Part shown: positions 1 to 8,064 of the stretch, piece after piece
Position numbering within the stretch: position 1 is the first letter of the stretch
Layout: each line of letters opens with the position of its first letter
Assembly (NCBI GenBank): GCA_031292455.1
Contig: JARLHC010000056.1
Span: 49,084-113,083, forward strand
DNA from: Ignavibacteriaceae bacterium
Lineage (GTDB): Bacteria > Bacteroidota > Ignavibacteria > Ignavibacteriales > Ignavibacteriaceae
Direction of reading: 5' to 3'
DNA: 64,000 nucleotides
Notes under the pieces: generated by a model
The model's database searches: none
What the model saw: only the letters and a program-made list of their open reading frames with translations
What the model was told of the DNA's origin: nothing
Position numbers and translations under genes: made by a program

Positions 1-1164
1 CGGATTGATATTCTGGGTTTTGGCATCGCTCCGTCTGAAGGTCTGCATAAAGGTCTTGTTGCTAATATTTCCAAAACAGCAGAAGCTATTAAAGAAGCTG
101 CGGCTATTGCTTGTAACAGAGCAGGTATAAATATTACTACAGTCAACGTGGGCGTTGCAGGTGAACATATTACAAGTATGAGACACCGTAATTTTATAAC
201 TATTAGTAATGATGAAAAAGAAATTACAAAAGCTGATCTGGAAAGACTGGAGGCCGATGTTAGAACTATTAGGATCCCCTCTGATAGACAAATTCTTCAT
301 ATTATCCCGGAAGAATTTTCAGTCGATTATCAGGGAGGTATTGAAAACCCTATCGGTATTTCAGGCTCCAGGCTTGAGGCTAGCAACCATGTTGTCTTGG
401 CTTCTATTCCCGCTATGCAGAATATTAAAAAATCTGTCGAACGCGCCGGGCTTCATGTTCAGGATTATATCCTCCAGCCCATCGCCTCAAGTTCTTCGGT
501 TCTCGAAGATAGCGAAAAAGATCTGGGCGTCGCCCTCATCGATATCGGAGGCGGTACAACTGATATAGCTATTTTCCATAATAAGGCCATTAAACATACA
601 AAGGTGATCGGCGTAGCCGGTAATCAGGTAACTAACGATATTCGTGAATCTCTTGGCGTGGTTACTGAAGAAGCTGAAAAACTTAAAAAGGACTTTGGCT
701 TCGCTACCGAATCTGCAATCATAAGAGAAGAAGATATTTTGATCCGCGGAGTTGGAGCTAGAGGCAATACTAAAATCCCTATTAGCCTCCTTACTCAGAT
801 TATAAGTTTAAGAATGAGAGAACTATTCGTCTTGATCGATAATGAAATCCGTAGCGCCGGATTTAAAAATAAAATAAAAGCTGGAATAGTTCTAACTGGT
901 GGTGGGTCTTTACTTAAAGGCGTTACTGAATTGGCCGAGGAGGTCTTCGGTTTGCCTTGCAGAATAGGAGTTCCGCAGGAACTCGGTTCAGGTCTCTCAA
1001 GCGAAATAGAAAGTCCGGAGTTTGCTACTGTGGCCGGCTTAATTAAAGGCATTCCCGGTGGTAAATCCAGTGAGTACCAAAGTATAAAACCTGCAAAGGT
1101 TAAAGGCTCTAACAAACTCTCTCAGTTTGTTAAAAGAATACAACAGTTTTTTGATGAATTATAA
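1..1164 (+). CDS. ftsA: Cell division protein FtsA (5' end cut by window edge)
   Basis: Frame 1 is open from base 1 (RIDILGFGIAPSEGLHKG...) and continues into the listed ORF 148..1164. Actin-like ATPase motifs DIGGGTTDIAIF and LTGGGSLL are present. The C-terminal amphipathic helix LSQFVKRIQQFFDEL looks like a membrane-targeting sequence. It lies directly upstream of ftsZ. Confidence 0.95.
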   Translation, partial: RIDILGFGIAPSEGLHKGLVANISKTAEAIKEAAAIACNRAGINITTVNVGVAGEHITSMRHRNFITISNDEKEITKADLERLEADVRTIRIPSDRQILHIIPEEFSVDYQGGIENPIGISGSRLEASNHVVLASIPAMQNIKKSVERAGLHVQDYILQPIASSSSVLEDSEKDLGVALIDIGGGTTDIAIFHNKAIKHTKVIGVAGNQVTNDIRESLGVVTEEAEKLKKDFGFATESAIIREEDILIRGVGARGNTKIPISLLTQIISLRMRELFVLIDNEIRSAGFKNKIKAGIVLTGGGSLLKGVTELAEEVFGLPCRIGVPQELGSGLSSEIESPEFATVAGLIKGIPGGKSSEYQSIKPAKVKGSNKLSQFVKRIQQFFDEL

Positions 1165-1182
1165 TAAAAACCAGGAGGTTTC

Positions 1183-2451
1183 ATGACCAGATTCGCTACT
1201 CTCGACAAAGAAAAATCTATGTCAGCAGTTCTTAAGGTTGTAGGCATCGGCGGCGGTGGTTGCAATGCAGTGGAAAGCATGATCAACAAAGGTTTAAATG
1301 GCGTCGAATATATCGCCATTAATACCGACGCCCAGGTCTTAAACAGTAGTACTGCTACTCATAAGATTCAGGTCGGCTCAACTATTACTAGAGGACTGGG
1401 AGCAGGAGCTGATCCCAATGTCGGAAAAAAATCGCTCGAAGAAGATCGCGAAAGAATTACTGAGGTTCTTTCTGGTAGTGATATGGTCTTTGTTACCGCC
1501 GGTATGGGTGGTGGCACTGGAACTGGAGGAGCCCCTGTTATTGCTTCAATCGCTAAAAGCCTCGGCGCCCTTGTTGTCGGCATCGTAACTAAACCATTTA
1601 GATGGGAAGGTAAAAAACGAATGCTCAATGCCGAACAGGGAATCCAGGAACTAAAACAGTATGTCGATAGCTTAATCGTCATTCCAAATGAAAGATTGCT
1701 TAATATACTCGATCCTAATACTAATGCATTCGCTGCTTTCGATAAACCAAATGAGATCCTCTATGAAGCAACTAGAGGTATCGCTGACATTATTACTGTC
1801 GAAGGACTAATCAATGTCGATTTCGCTGATGTAAGATCGGTTATGAATCAAAGCGGTGAAGCTCTTATGGGCTGTGGTATTGCTAGCGGCGAGAATCGCG
1901 CTATTGAAGCTGCTCAGAAAGCTATTTCTAGCCCTCTGCTGGAAGGCGTGAATATCAAAGGAGCTAAAAGCGTCCTCTTAAATGTTACTGGCTCCAGCAA
2001 TCTTACCATGCAGGAAATCAATGAAGGTAATAACGTAATATTTGAAGCCGCCGGTGAAGAAGCTAACGTTATCTTCGGATGTGTCAGAAAAGAAGAAATG
2101 AATGACTACGTCTCTTATACAGTTATCGCTACCGGGTTTGAGGTTATGCACCAGGCCTTCGGTGAAAAAACTAAAGCACATACTTCAAAACCTAAAGAAA
2201 AAGAAATCTTTAAAGGCGGGTTTAATTTCCTCGATCCTAAAGAAGTCGATCCCGAAGATCTTGACATTCCTACTATCCTTAGAGTAAAAAGTCCAAAGTC
2301 TTCTATCGATAAAGAAGAACCGGCCCCTACTTCAGGATTTAATTTCGAATCTTCAAGATATAGCTGGGCTAGAGATAAAGGTAATAAGAAAGAAGAAAAA
2401 AATAACGAGGAAGAAGATAGCTCTTCATTTTTAAGAATGATCATGGACTAA
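1183..2451 (+). CDS. ftsZ: Cell division GTPase FtsZ
   Basis: GIGGGGCNAV and the tubulin signature GGGTGTGGAP are present. An AGGAGG Shine-Dalgarno lies 6 nt upstream of the ATG. The long C-terminal linker carries DLDIPTILR and a terminal SSFLRMIMD. Confidence 0.97.
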   Translation: MTRFATLDKEKSMSAVLKVVGIGGGGCNAVESMINKGLNGVEYIAINTDAQVLNSSTATHKIQVGSTITRGLGAGADPNVGKKSLEEDRERITEVLSGSDMVFVTAGMGGGTGTGGAPVIASIAKSLGALVVGIVTKPFRWEGKKRMLNAEQGIQELKQYVDSLIVIPNERLLNILDPNTNAFAAFDKPNEILYEATRGIADIITVEGLINVDFADVRSVMNQSGEALMGCGIASGENRAIEAAQKAISSPLLEGVNIKGAKSVLLNVTGSSNLTMQEINEGNNVIFEAAGEEANVIFGCVRKEEMNDYVSYTVIATGFEVMHQAFGEKTKAHTSKPKEKEIFKGGFNFLDPKEVDPEDLDIPTILRVKSPKSSIDKEEPAPTSGFNFESSRYSWARDKGNKKEEKNNEEEDSSSFLRMIMD

Positions 2452-2457
2452 ATGTTT

Positions 2458-2481
2458 ACCCGGATTTGTTTATTTCCGGGT
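2458..2481 (+). terminator. Hairpin just downstream of ftsZ (no clear U-tract)
   Basis: ACCCGGA (2458-2464) pairs with TCCGGGT (2475-2481) around a 10-nt loop, 7 nt after the ftsZ stop. The following sequence (CTACGG) is not T-rich. Confidence 0.35.
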
Positions 2482-2740
2482 CTACGGTTACTCCGTCTGT
2501 CTGAATTTTGGATTGAAAGCTAATAGGGGATCATGGCTGCAGCAAATTTTGCAAATGCAAATTTGATTGCATCTGTACTATGTTTAATAGTTATATAAAA
2601 AATAACTTATAAAGTCGTCTTCTTTCGCCCTAACCATCTGTTATTCCCTCTCCACCTGTTTTCCATAACAAATTAGTTAATTTGAGCATTATTTCTATAT
2701 GCCAATATTATTATCATCCTATAGTTCTGCTGGGGTCTTC

Positions 2741-2773
2741 ATACCCACAGAATACTCGCAGAATACCCACAGA
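2741..2773. repeat. Direct repeat ATACCCACAGA x2, 22 nt centre to centre
   Basis: ATACCCACAGA occurs at 2741-2751 and 2763-2773. An overlapping CAGAATAC occurs at 2748-2755 and 2758-2765. Both lie inside an ORF-less convergent intergenic region. Confidence 0.5.
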
Positions 2774-2947
2774 TATGGATTCACCCCTCATTCTTGCATA
2801 ATTCTCAAAATATACTGGTTCCATCTCAGTTCTGGTATTTAGAATTGACTCAAATAAGCACTTTTCTCCCTAACTGGCCAGATTAAATGCCCTTAAATAA
2901 TACATTTTATTAAATAAACTGTTTAGAATTGGAAGGATTTTACTTGT

Positions 2948-3874
2948 TTAATTGCTGGATTTGACCGATAATGGGTCTATCGGCATTTCTCCCGTGTTAT
3001 TTGCTGATTCTAACCTCTCCTGAAATAATTTCCCTATCTCTGCACCTATTATAAAAACTACTGATGAAAAATAAATCCAGAAGGCAACAACTACAACTAA
3101 AGCATAAGTTCCATAAATCTTGCCGAATGATGAAAAATGATAAAGATAAAATCCGAACACTTGCTTTGCTGCTTCCCAAAGTAGCGCTGCCCATAATGCA
3201 CTTACTATTATCGCCCGCCTCCTTAGCTTCTTTACCGGAACCGTAATATATAGCACCAGAAAAACAAAGAATATTATTGTAAATGATACTACCGAAAGAA
3301 TAAAATGATGAAATATTGGCGCCTTAAAAAATTCCAGTTCCTGGAATTGCCCGGCCGATTGTGCTAAAACATCTATAATAGGTATGCAGATTGTCGTCAG
3401 GAAAAAAATCAGGATCACCATAACAACAAGAGCAAAATCGCGTAGCTTTCCAAGTATCAGCGAAACATTCTTTTTTATCCCAAATACCTCATTTAGAATC
3501 GTCCTCATACTGCTGAAAAGCCCGCTGGCTGTAAAAAAGAGCCCAAATCCCCCTACTATACCGGCCATGTTTTTATATTCTATTATTTCATTAATTCGCG
3601 TGAATATAATCTTCTTTACAAACTCTGCGTATTCATCATAAGGTATTATTGTATCTATTAATAAATTTATCTGATACTGTATGTCATTTGATGCAAGTAT
3701 AAGCCCTAGCACAGCAAAAATAATAAGTATGAAAGGAATGATACAGAGAAATAATTCAAATGCCAGACCGCTCGCATTCAAAAATACATGATGGTCGTCT
3801 ATGCGGGTATATAACCCCCCGAAATAATGGGATGCAAAATTCTTGATCTTTTTGTATAAAGGGGAATCAAACAT
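2948..3874 (-). CDS. YihY/BrkB (virulence factor BrkB / former RNase BN) family membrane protein
   Basis: 308 aa and polytopic. The N-terminal signature ...DDHHVFLNASGLAFELFLCIIPFILIIFAVLG is typical of the YihY family. Several further hydrophobic helices follow. Confidence 0.8.
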   Translation of the reverse strand: MFDSPLYKKIKNFASHYFGGLYTRIDDHHVFLNASGLAFELFLCIIPFILIIFAVLGLILASNDIQYQINLLIDTIIPYDEYAEFVKKIIFTRINEIIEYKNMAGIVGGFGLFFTASGLFSSMRTILNEVFGIKKNVSLILGKLRDFALVVMVILIFFLTTICIPIIDVLAQSAGQFQELEFFKAPIFHHFILSVVSFTIIFFVFLVLYITVPVKKLRRRAIIVSALWAALLWEAAKQVFGFYLYHFSSFGKIYGTYALVVVVAFWIYFSSVVFIIGAEIGKLFQERLESANNTGEMPIDPLSVKSSN

Positions 3875-4139
3875 TTCTTATGCTTGCCTTTGGAATAAAA
3901 TAATAATTTTTAATAATTACTCTCTTAAAATGCTCAGTTATATTTATTTCTCTCTTTATATGAAATATTTTTCAATTTGATCAAACAATATAAATTATAT
4001 TTCGGAATGAATACAAATTTTAATTTGCTTTATATATAAAATTTCATTGTTTGCCTGTCACTTCTCCGGAACCCATCAAAAAGGACTTTTTAATAATTGA
4101 TAATCTCACACTAATAGCATAAGTTTTATATGCAGAAAA

Positions 4140-4394
4140 ATGGTTTTATTAATTATGAAACAGACAATTTCGGATAGAATTAGGTATTGTCTTATATCTC
4201 TGATTATCATGTTGTTTTTTGTCCTTATGTTCCCGCCTGTGATGTATAAAAAAATTGGATTGATGTATGGCTATAGTGGATTTGATGATGGAGAACTGCT
4301 GTGGACACAGCTATTAATAGAAATATTTGTTGTCGCTATCATCTCAGTCTTTGTTTACTTGCTGTATCCTAAGTATACAAATTGGAAACGCTAA
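4140..4394 (+). CDS. Hypothetical small membrane protein (2 predicted TM helices)
   Basis: 84-aa ORF with two hydrophobic stretches (LISLIIMLFFVLMFPPV and LLIEIFVVAIISVFVYLL). I recognise no family. Confidence 0.4.
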   Translation: MVLLIMKQTISDRIRYCLISLIIMLFFVLMFPPVMYKKIGLMYGYSGFDDGELLWTQLLIEIFVVAIISVFVYLLYPKYTNWKR

Positions 4395-4398
4395 CCGG

Positions 4399-4896
4399 TT
4401 ATTTCATGTTTACATATTGAGTGGGAAAATCAAAATCCGCTTCTTTAATCAAGGCTATTATTGATTGCAGATCATCTATCTTGGCCCCCTGTACACGTAC
4501 CTGTTCGTCCTGTATCTGAGCACTTACTTTTAATTTTGATTCTTTAATAAGTGTCGTAATCTTCTTTGAATTCTCTTTCGATATCCCGCTTTGTAAATCG
4601 ATTTTTTGCTTCAACCTCCCCCCGGCCGCTGCTTCTGGCTCATTTAACTTTAATGCCTTTACTGAAATTCCTCTTCTGAAAAATTTAGTCTGCAGAATAT
4701 CAACACTTGCTTTCAGCGAATAATCATCCTTTGTATTAATGTTTATAAGCTTATCTTTTTTATTTAACTCAACTGTTGTATTTGAATCTTTTAGATCATA
4801 TCTCTGATGTATTTCTTTTAGTGCCTGGTTTACAGCATTATCTGCTTCCTGCAGATCAACCTCAGAGACAATATCAAATGAATGATTTTGTGCCAT
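4399..4896 (-). CDS. yajQ: YajQ family nucleotide (c-di-GMP)-binding protein, UPF0234
   Basis: 165 aa. The N-terminus SFDIVSEVDLQEADNAVNQALKEIHQRYDLKD matches the YajQ/UPF0234 signature, and the length is typical. Confidence 0.85.
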   Translation of the reverse strand: MAQNHSFDIVSEVDLQEADNAVNQALKEIHQRYDLKDSNTTVELNKKDKLININTKDDYSLKASVDILQTKFFRRGISVKALKLNEPEAAAGGRLKQKIDLQSGISKENSKKITTLIKESKLKVSAQIQDEQVRVQGAKIDDLQSIIALIKEADFDFPTQYVNMK

Positions 4897-4906
4897 AATT
4901 TTTAAG

Positions 4907-4981
4907 TCGGGGTGGAGAGATTCGAACTCTCGACCTCTTCGTCCCGAACGAAGCGCGCTAACCGGGCTGCGCTACACCCCG
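4907..4981 (-). tRNA. tRNA-Pro (anticodon CGG)
   Basis: The reverse complement reads CGGGGTG-TA-GCGC-AGCCCGGTTA-GCGC-G-CTTCG-TTCGGGA-CGAAG-AGGTC-GAGAG-TTCGAAT-CTCTC-CACCCCG-A. This is a 75-nt cloverleaf with a 7-bp acceptor stem, a TTCGAAT T-loop and the anticodon loop TT-CGG-GA. CCA is not encoded. Confidence 0.9.
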
Positions 4982-5205
4982 TCTATTATGATAATAATTA
5001 CAATAAAATTTAATCAATTAACGTTCCCTTAAGATAATCGGTTTGCCGCAAAGTTCCAAAACCATAAGGCAAATTTAACCTCTATTTTTGTTGCATTTAT
5101 ATGCATTTTATAATATATTATTACGTAATGATTTAAGCTTATCATCATAATTATTATTTTAACATATTGAATTAGTTTATTACCTAACAAGTAGTTGAGG
5201 GAGGC

Positions 5206-6399
5206 ATGAAAAGACCCTTTGTTTTAGTATCGCTGTTTTTTGTTGTTTTGTCCATTAACAATTTTGGACAATCATCAAAATATGACTGGCTCCATCAAAG
5301 TAGTTGGAGCGCTGGTTTTGGATTTACCTACCCTAGATATATTAGTACTAGTTTAAGGGGTGGAGATTTTGGTAGCTACGGGGTTTTTGGTTCTATCCAA
5401 AGAAATTTCTCTGAACATGTCGCCTTCAGATTACAGGGAAATTATCTGCATCTTGCCGATAGGCAAAGGGCTTTCCTCGGTAACCAAAACTCTGATAATT
5501 CCGTCCCCAAAGTTGAAAACGATATTCTTCTCGCTAATCTTGACCTGATGTATTATTTTGTTCCTTGCGAACCTGTCTCTCCCTATGTCGGTATAGGAGG
5601 AGCCGGAGTCTCCTATAAATTAAAAAATTCCCCCATTGTCGTTACTGCAACTTCAAGTGAAGCCAGACCTTTGGATAAAAGACAAACTGACTATGAACTA
5701 AATGCATTTATTGGTGCCGAATGGAGAGTAGCAGAAAATTGGAAATTAAAATCTGAATTTGCTTATCATTGCGCTGCAAGTAGCAAATTCGATGGTATCT
5801 ATGGAACCGATAGCGGCGGTATCCTTGGCGGTATCGGCGATACCTATATGACTTTTGATCTGGGCGTCCTTTATTATTTTGGCTACGGCGCAAAATCACA
5901 TATTTGCGAAGTATATGACGGTATCAATGCCAAGGTTGATTATGATAAAATTGAAGAAATTGTTAAAAGATATCAGGTTCAGCCTTCTGACGTAGATTAC
6001 AATAGAATTGAAGATATCGTTAAAAGATATAAAGGCACTGCCACTGTTAATGTTCCTGAAGAGAATTGGGTATTAATTGGTATCAATTTTGACTTTAATA
6101 AAGCTACCGTTAAACCTGAATCAGTTCCGATTCTTTATAATGCAGCTGAAATATTACTGAAGAATCCTGATGTGAAAGTTGAAATTCAGGGACATACCGA
6201 TAATATTGGCTCCGAAAGATATAATCAGAAATTATCCTTGCAAAGAGCCGAAACAGTTAAAAATTTCTTGGTTGCTAAGGGCGTCGCTTCCAATAGGTTA
6301 ACTACTGTTGGTTTTGGTAAATCCAAACCAATTATGGATAATAATACTGAACAGGGAAGAGCTCTTAACAGAAGAATTGAATTAAAAGTTATCAAATAA
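5206..6399 (+). CDS. OmpA-family outer membrane protein (N-terminal beta-barrel plus C-terminal OmpA peptidoglycan-binding domain)
   Basis: Signal peptide MKRPFVLVSLFFVVLSINNFGQ and a GAGGGAGG Shine-Dalgarno. The C-terminal OmpA domain reads NFDFNKATVKPES...GHTDNIGSERYNQKLSLQRAETVKNFL...NRRIELKV. Confidence 0.85.
   Translation: MKRPFVLVSLFFVVLSINNFGQSSKYDWLHQSSWSAGFGFTYPRYISTSLRGGDFGSYGVFGSIQRNFSEHVAFRLQGNYLHLADRQRAFLGNQNSDNSVPKVENDILLANLDLMYYFVPCEPVSPYVGIGGAGVSYKLKNSPIVVTATSSEARPLDKRQTDYELNAFIGAEWRVAENWKLKSEFAYHCAASSKFDGIYGTDSGGILGGIGDTYMTFDLGVLYYFGYGAKSHICEVYDGINAKVDYDKIEEIVKRYQVQPSDVDYNRIEDIVKRYKGTATVNVPEENWVLIGINFDFNKATVKPESVPILYNAAEILLKNPDVKVEIQGHTDNIGSERYNQKLSLQRAETVKNFLVAKGVASNRLTTVGFGKSKPIMDNNTEQGRALNRRIELKVIK
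5935..6033 (+). repeat. In-frame tandem duplication in the linker of the OmpA-family protein
   Basis: VDYDKIEEIVKRYQVQPSD is followed directly by VDYNRIEDIVKRYKG. At DNA level both units share ATTGAAGA..AT..GTTAAAAGATAT. Confidence 0.6.
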
Positions 6400-6443
6400 A
6401 TCAGTTAAAAAATAATTCAATTACTTCCGGATAAATTTATTTT

Positions 6444-6480
6444 AAGAGCCGTAAGATCCTTTCTTACGGCTCTTTTAATT
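6444..6480 (+). terminator. Rho-independent terminator of the OmpA-family gene
   Basis: A perfect 12-bp stem: AAGAGCCGTAAG (6444-6455) pairs with CTTACGGCTCTT (6463-6474) around a 7-nt loop. TTAATT follows. Confidence 0.8.
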
Positions 6481-6646
6481 ATATCAGCTTACTACTTAAC
6501 TTTCTCCCCAATACTTAACCAATATCACAGGAAATCCTTAATTAAGTCTGTTACTGTAATATGAATCTTTTTATATACATATTGTATAAAATATAAAACA
6601 GAATCTCGGAAAAACTGCCATATTCCCCTTAAAATGAGCACCTTTT

Positions 6647-6663
6647 CTGGCACTATTTTAGTC
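6647..6663 (+). promoter_or_regulatory. Sigma-54-like promoter candidate (CTGGCAC-N5-TAGTC)
   Basis: CTGGCACTATTTTAGTC lies 34 nt upstream of the ATG at 6697. The -24 box is perfect (TGGCAC). The -12 box is atypical (TAGTC rather than TTGCW). The same 12 specified bases recur at 31520-31504 on the minus strand. Confidence 0.35.
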
Positions 6664-6696
6664 AAGTAATGGTAAGAATTATTTTGTGAGTATAAA

Positions 6697-7521
6697 ATGA
6701 AAAAAATATTGTTGTCAGTTGCCGTTGTTATTAACCTGCTTTTATTACAGGCATGTAATGTAAACGATCCAAATCATCATGATAATTTCGACAATACCCC
6801 CCCTGCACCCCCTTCCGGAATTCAGGTTATAAATGGGGATAATAGAGTAGATTTAAGCTGGACTCGAAATCGTGAAAACGACCTTGCCGGATATAATATT
6901 TACTATAGTGCATCCTATGATGGAAAATATTATTTGCTCGGCTCCTCATCTTCCAATTCTTATATAGATAACGGCGCAACTAATGGAGTTCTTAATTATT
7001 ACGCTGTTACAGCATATGATCAGAGTGGCAATGAAAGCGATTTAAGCAAGGATGTCGTTTATGCTACCCCGCGCCCCGAAGGGTTTAACCAATCAGTTTT
7101 TGATTACTTGAAATTCCCTGGTTCAGCAGGATATTCATTCTCAAATTATTCGGTGGTTGCTTATAATGACTCATTGACCGATTTCTTCTTCGAAAATTAT
7201 AATGGGAAATATTATCTCGATGTCTATACCGATACCGATATTTTGGATGCTGGACCTACTTCTGATATCTATGATATTCCGTTTGCTCCGGCATCTGGTT
7301 GGTCGCCTACTAAAGATACAACGGCGGTTATCGGCCATACTTATGTTATCTGGACCTGGAGTAATCATTATGCAAAAATTAGAGTAAGTAATATTACTAG
7401 CGAAAGAATCGTCTTCGATTGGGCTTATCAGCTCGTTCCTGGTAATACTCAGCTGAAACCTCTGCCCGGCAGGACAATTGGAACAACTAAAAGAAATTTA
7501 GTTAGAATGTTAGTTAGATAA
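6697..7521 (+). CDS. Lipoprotein with fibronectin type III-like domain
   Basis: Signal peptide with lipobox LLLQAC. The FN3-like segment reads PPAPPSGIQVINGDNRVDLSWTRNRENDLAGYNIYY...YYAVTAYDQSGNESDLS. Confidence 0.7.
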   Translation: MKKILLSVAVVINLLLLQACNVNDPNHHDNFDNTPPAPPSGIQVINGDNRVDLSWTRNRENDLAGYNIYYSASYDGKYYLLGSSSSNSYIDNGATNGVLNYYAVTAYDQSGNESDLSKDVVYATPRPEGFNQSVFDYLKFPGSAGYSFSNYSVVAYNDSLTDFFFENYNGKYYLDVYTDTDILDAGPTSDIYDIPFAPASGWSPTKDTTAVIGHTYVIWTWSNHYAKIRVSNITSERIVFDWAYQLVPGNTQLKPLPGRTIGTTKRNLVRMLVR

Positions 7522-7614
7522 TCCTTGAAACTCCGGCTTCAGGAAAATGTATCAATGTGAGAGTATTTATTTATAGACTTCAAAGGATATTATGAGTAAA
7601 TTTATTGCAAAATA

Positions 7615-8064
7615 ATGATTAAAAACTTTTACCTGATATTTTTTGTTCTGATCGCCGGTCTTTCGGATTACTCTGTTTATTCTCAGGATAATAAGTTAAC
7701 CGGTATTGATAACGGAAAACAAAATTCTGCTAAGGTTGTCTTATTGGATATTGAGAATAGTATCGCTAAAGGAAATATTAATGCTCTGTTCAAGAATTTA
7801 AGTCCGCTCACTTATTTCTCTCTTACAAATGGAATAAGAGGATATTATAGTTCAAACCAGGCATATTATATCCTTGAAGATTTCTTTAAGATTTACCAGG
7901 TCATATCCTTTAGATTCCACAGCCTGCAATCGGAAGATGGAAATCCGTATGCTACTGGAATCTATTTCTATCAATATAAAGGAAAACGGGAATCCTCTCA
8001 GGTATATGTATCTCTAAAAAATACAGGTAAAAGCTGGAAGATTACACAAATAACATTTAATTAA
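7615..8064 (+). CDS. Secreted hypothetical protein (DUF4783-like, NTF2-like size)
   Basis: 149 aa with an N-terminal signal or anchor. It resembles the DUF4783 proteins of Bacteroidota from memory only. Its stop overlaps the next start (TAATG at 8062-8066). Confidence 0.5.
   Translation: MIKNFYLIFFVLIAGLSDYSVYSQDNKLTGIDNGKQNSAKVVLLDIENSIAKGNINALFKNLSPLTYFSLTNGIRGYYSSNQAYYILEDFFKIYQVISFRFHSLQSEDGNPYATGIYFYQYKGKRESSQVYVSLKNTGKSWKITQITFN

Noticed and set aside
2741-2773. Short direct repeats (here and at 24081-24104) as a CRISPR array
   Set aside because: Each has only two copies of 11 nt with a 0-11 nt spacer, and no cas genes are present. They are far too short and too few for CRISPR.
2864-2873. 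Shared 10-mer TTCTCCCTAA in intergenic regions at 2864 and 24186 (9 of 10 at 6502)
   Set aside because: Thousands of repeated 10-mers are expected by chance in 64 kb. The flanks do not align, so there is no evidence for a REP/MITE-type element.
2452-2947. RNase P RNA, tmRNA, SRP RNA or 6S RNA in the long ftsZ-yihY spacer
   Set aside because: I could not find the conserved cores on either strand: GAGGAAAGTCC for RNase P, a tRNA-like 3' end for tmRNA, or the GGAAGCAGCC-type SRP motif. A 6S or novel sRNA cannot be excluded by eye, so the region stays as an open finding rather than a feature.
4907-4981. tRNA-Pro as a possible integration hotspot for a genomic island
   Set aside because: There is no integrase, no duplicated tRNA 3' end and no foreign-looking genes on either side. 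The neighbours are ordinary housekeeping and envelope genes.
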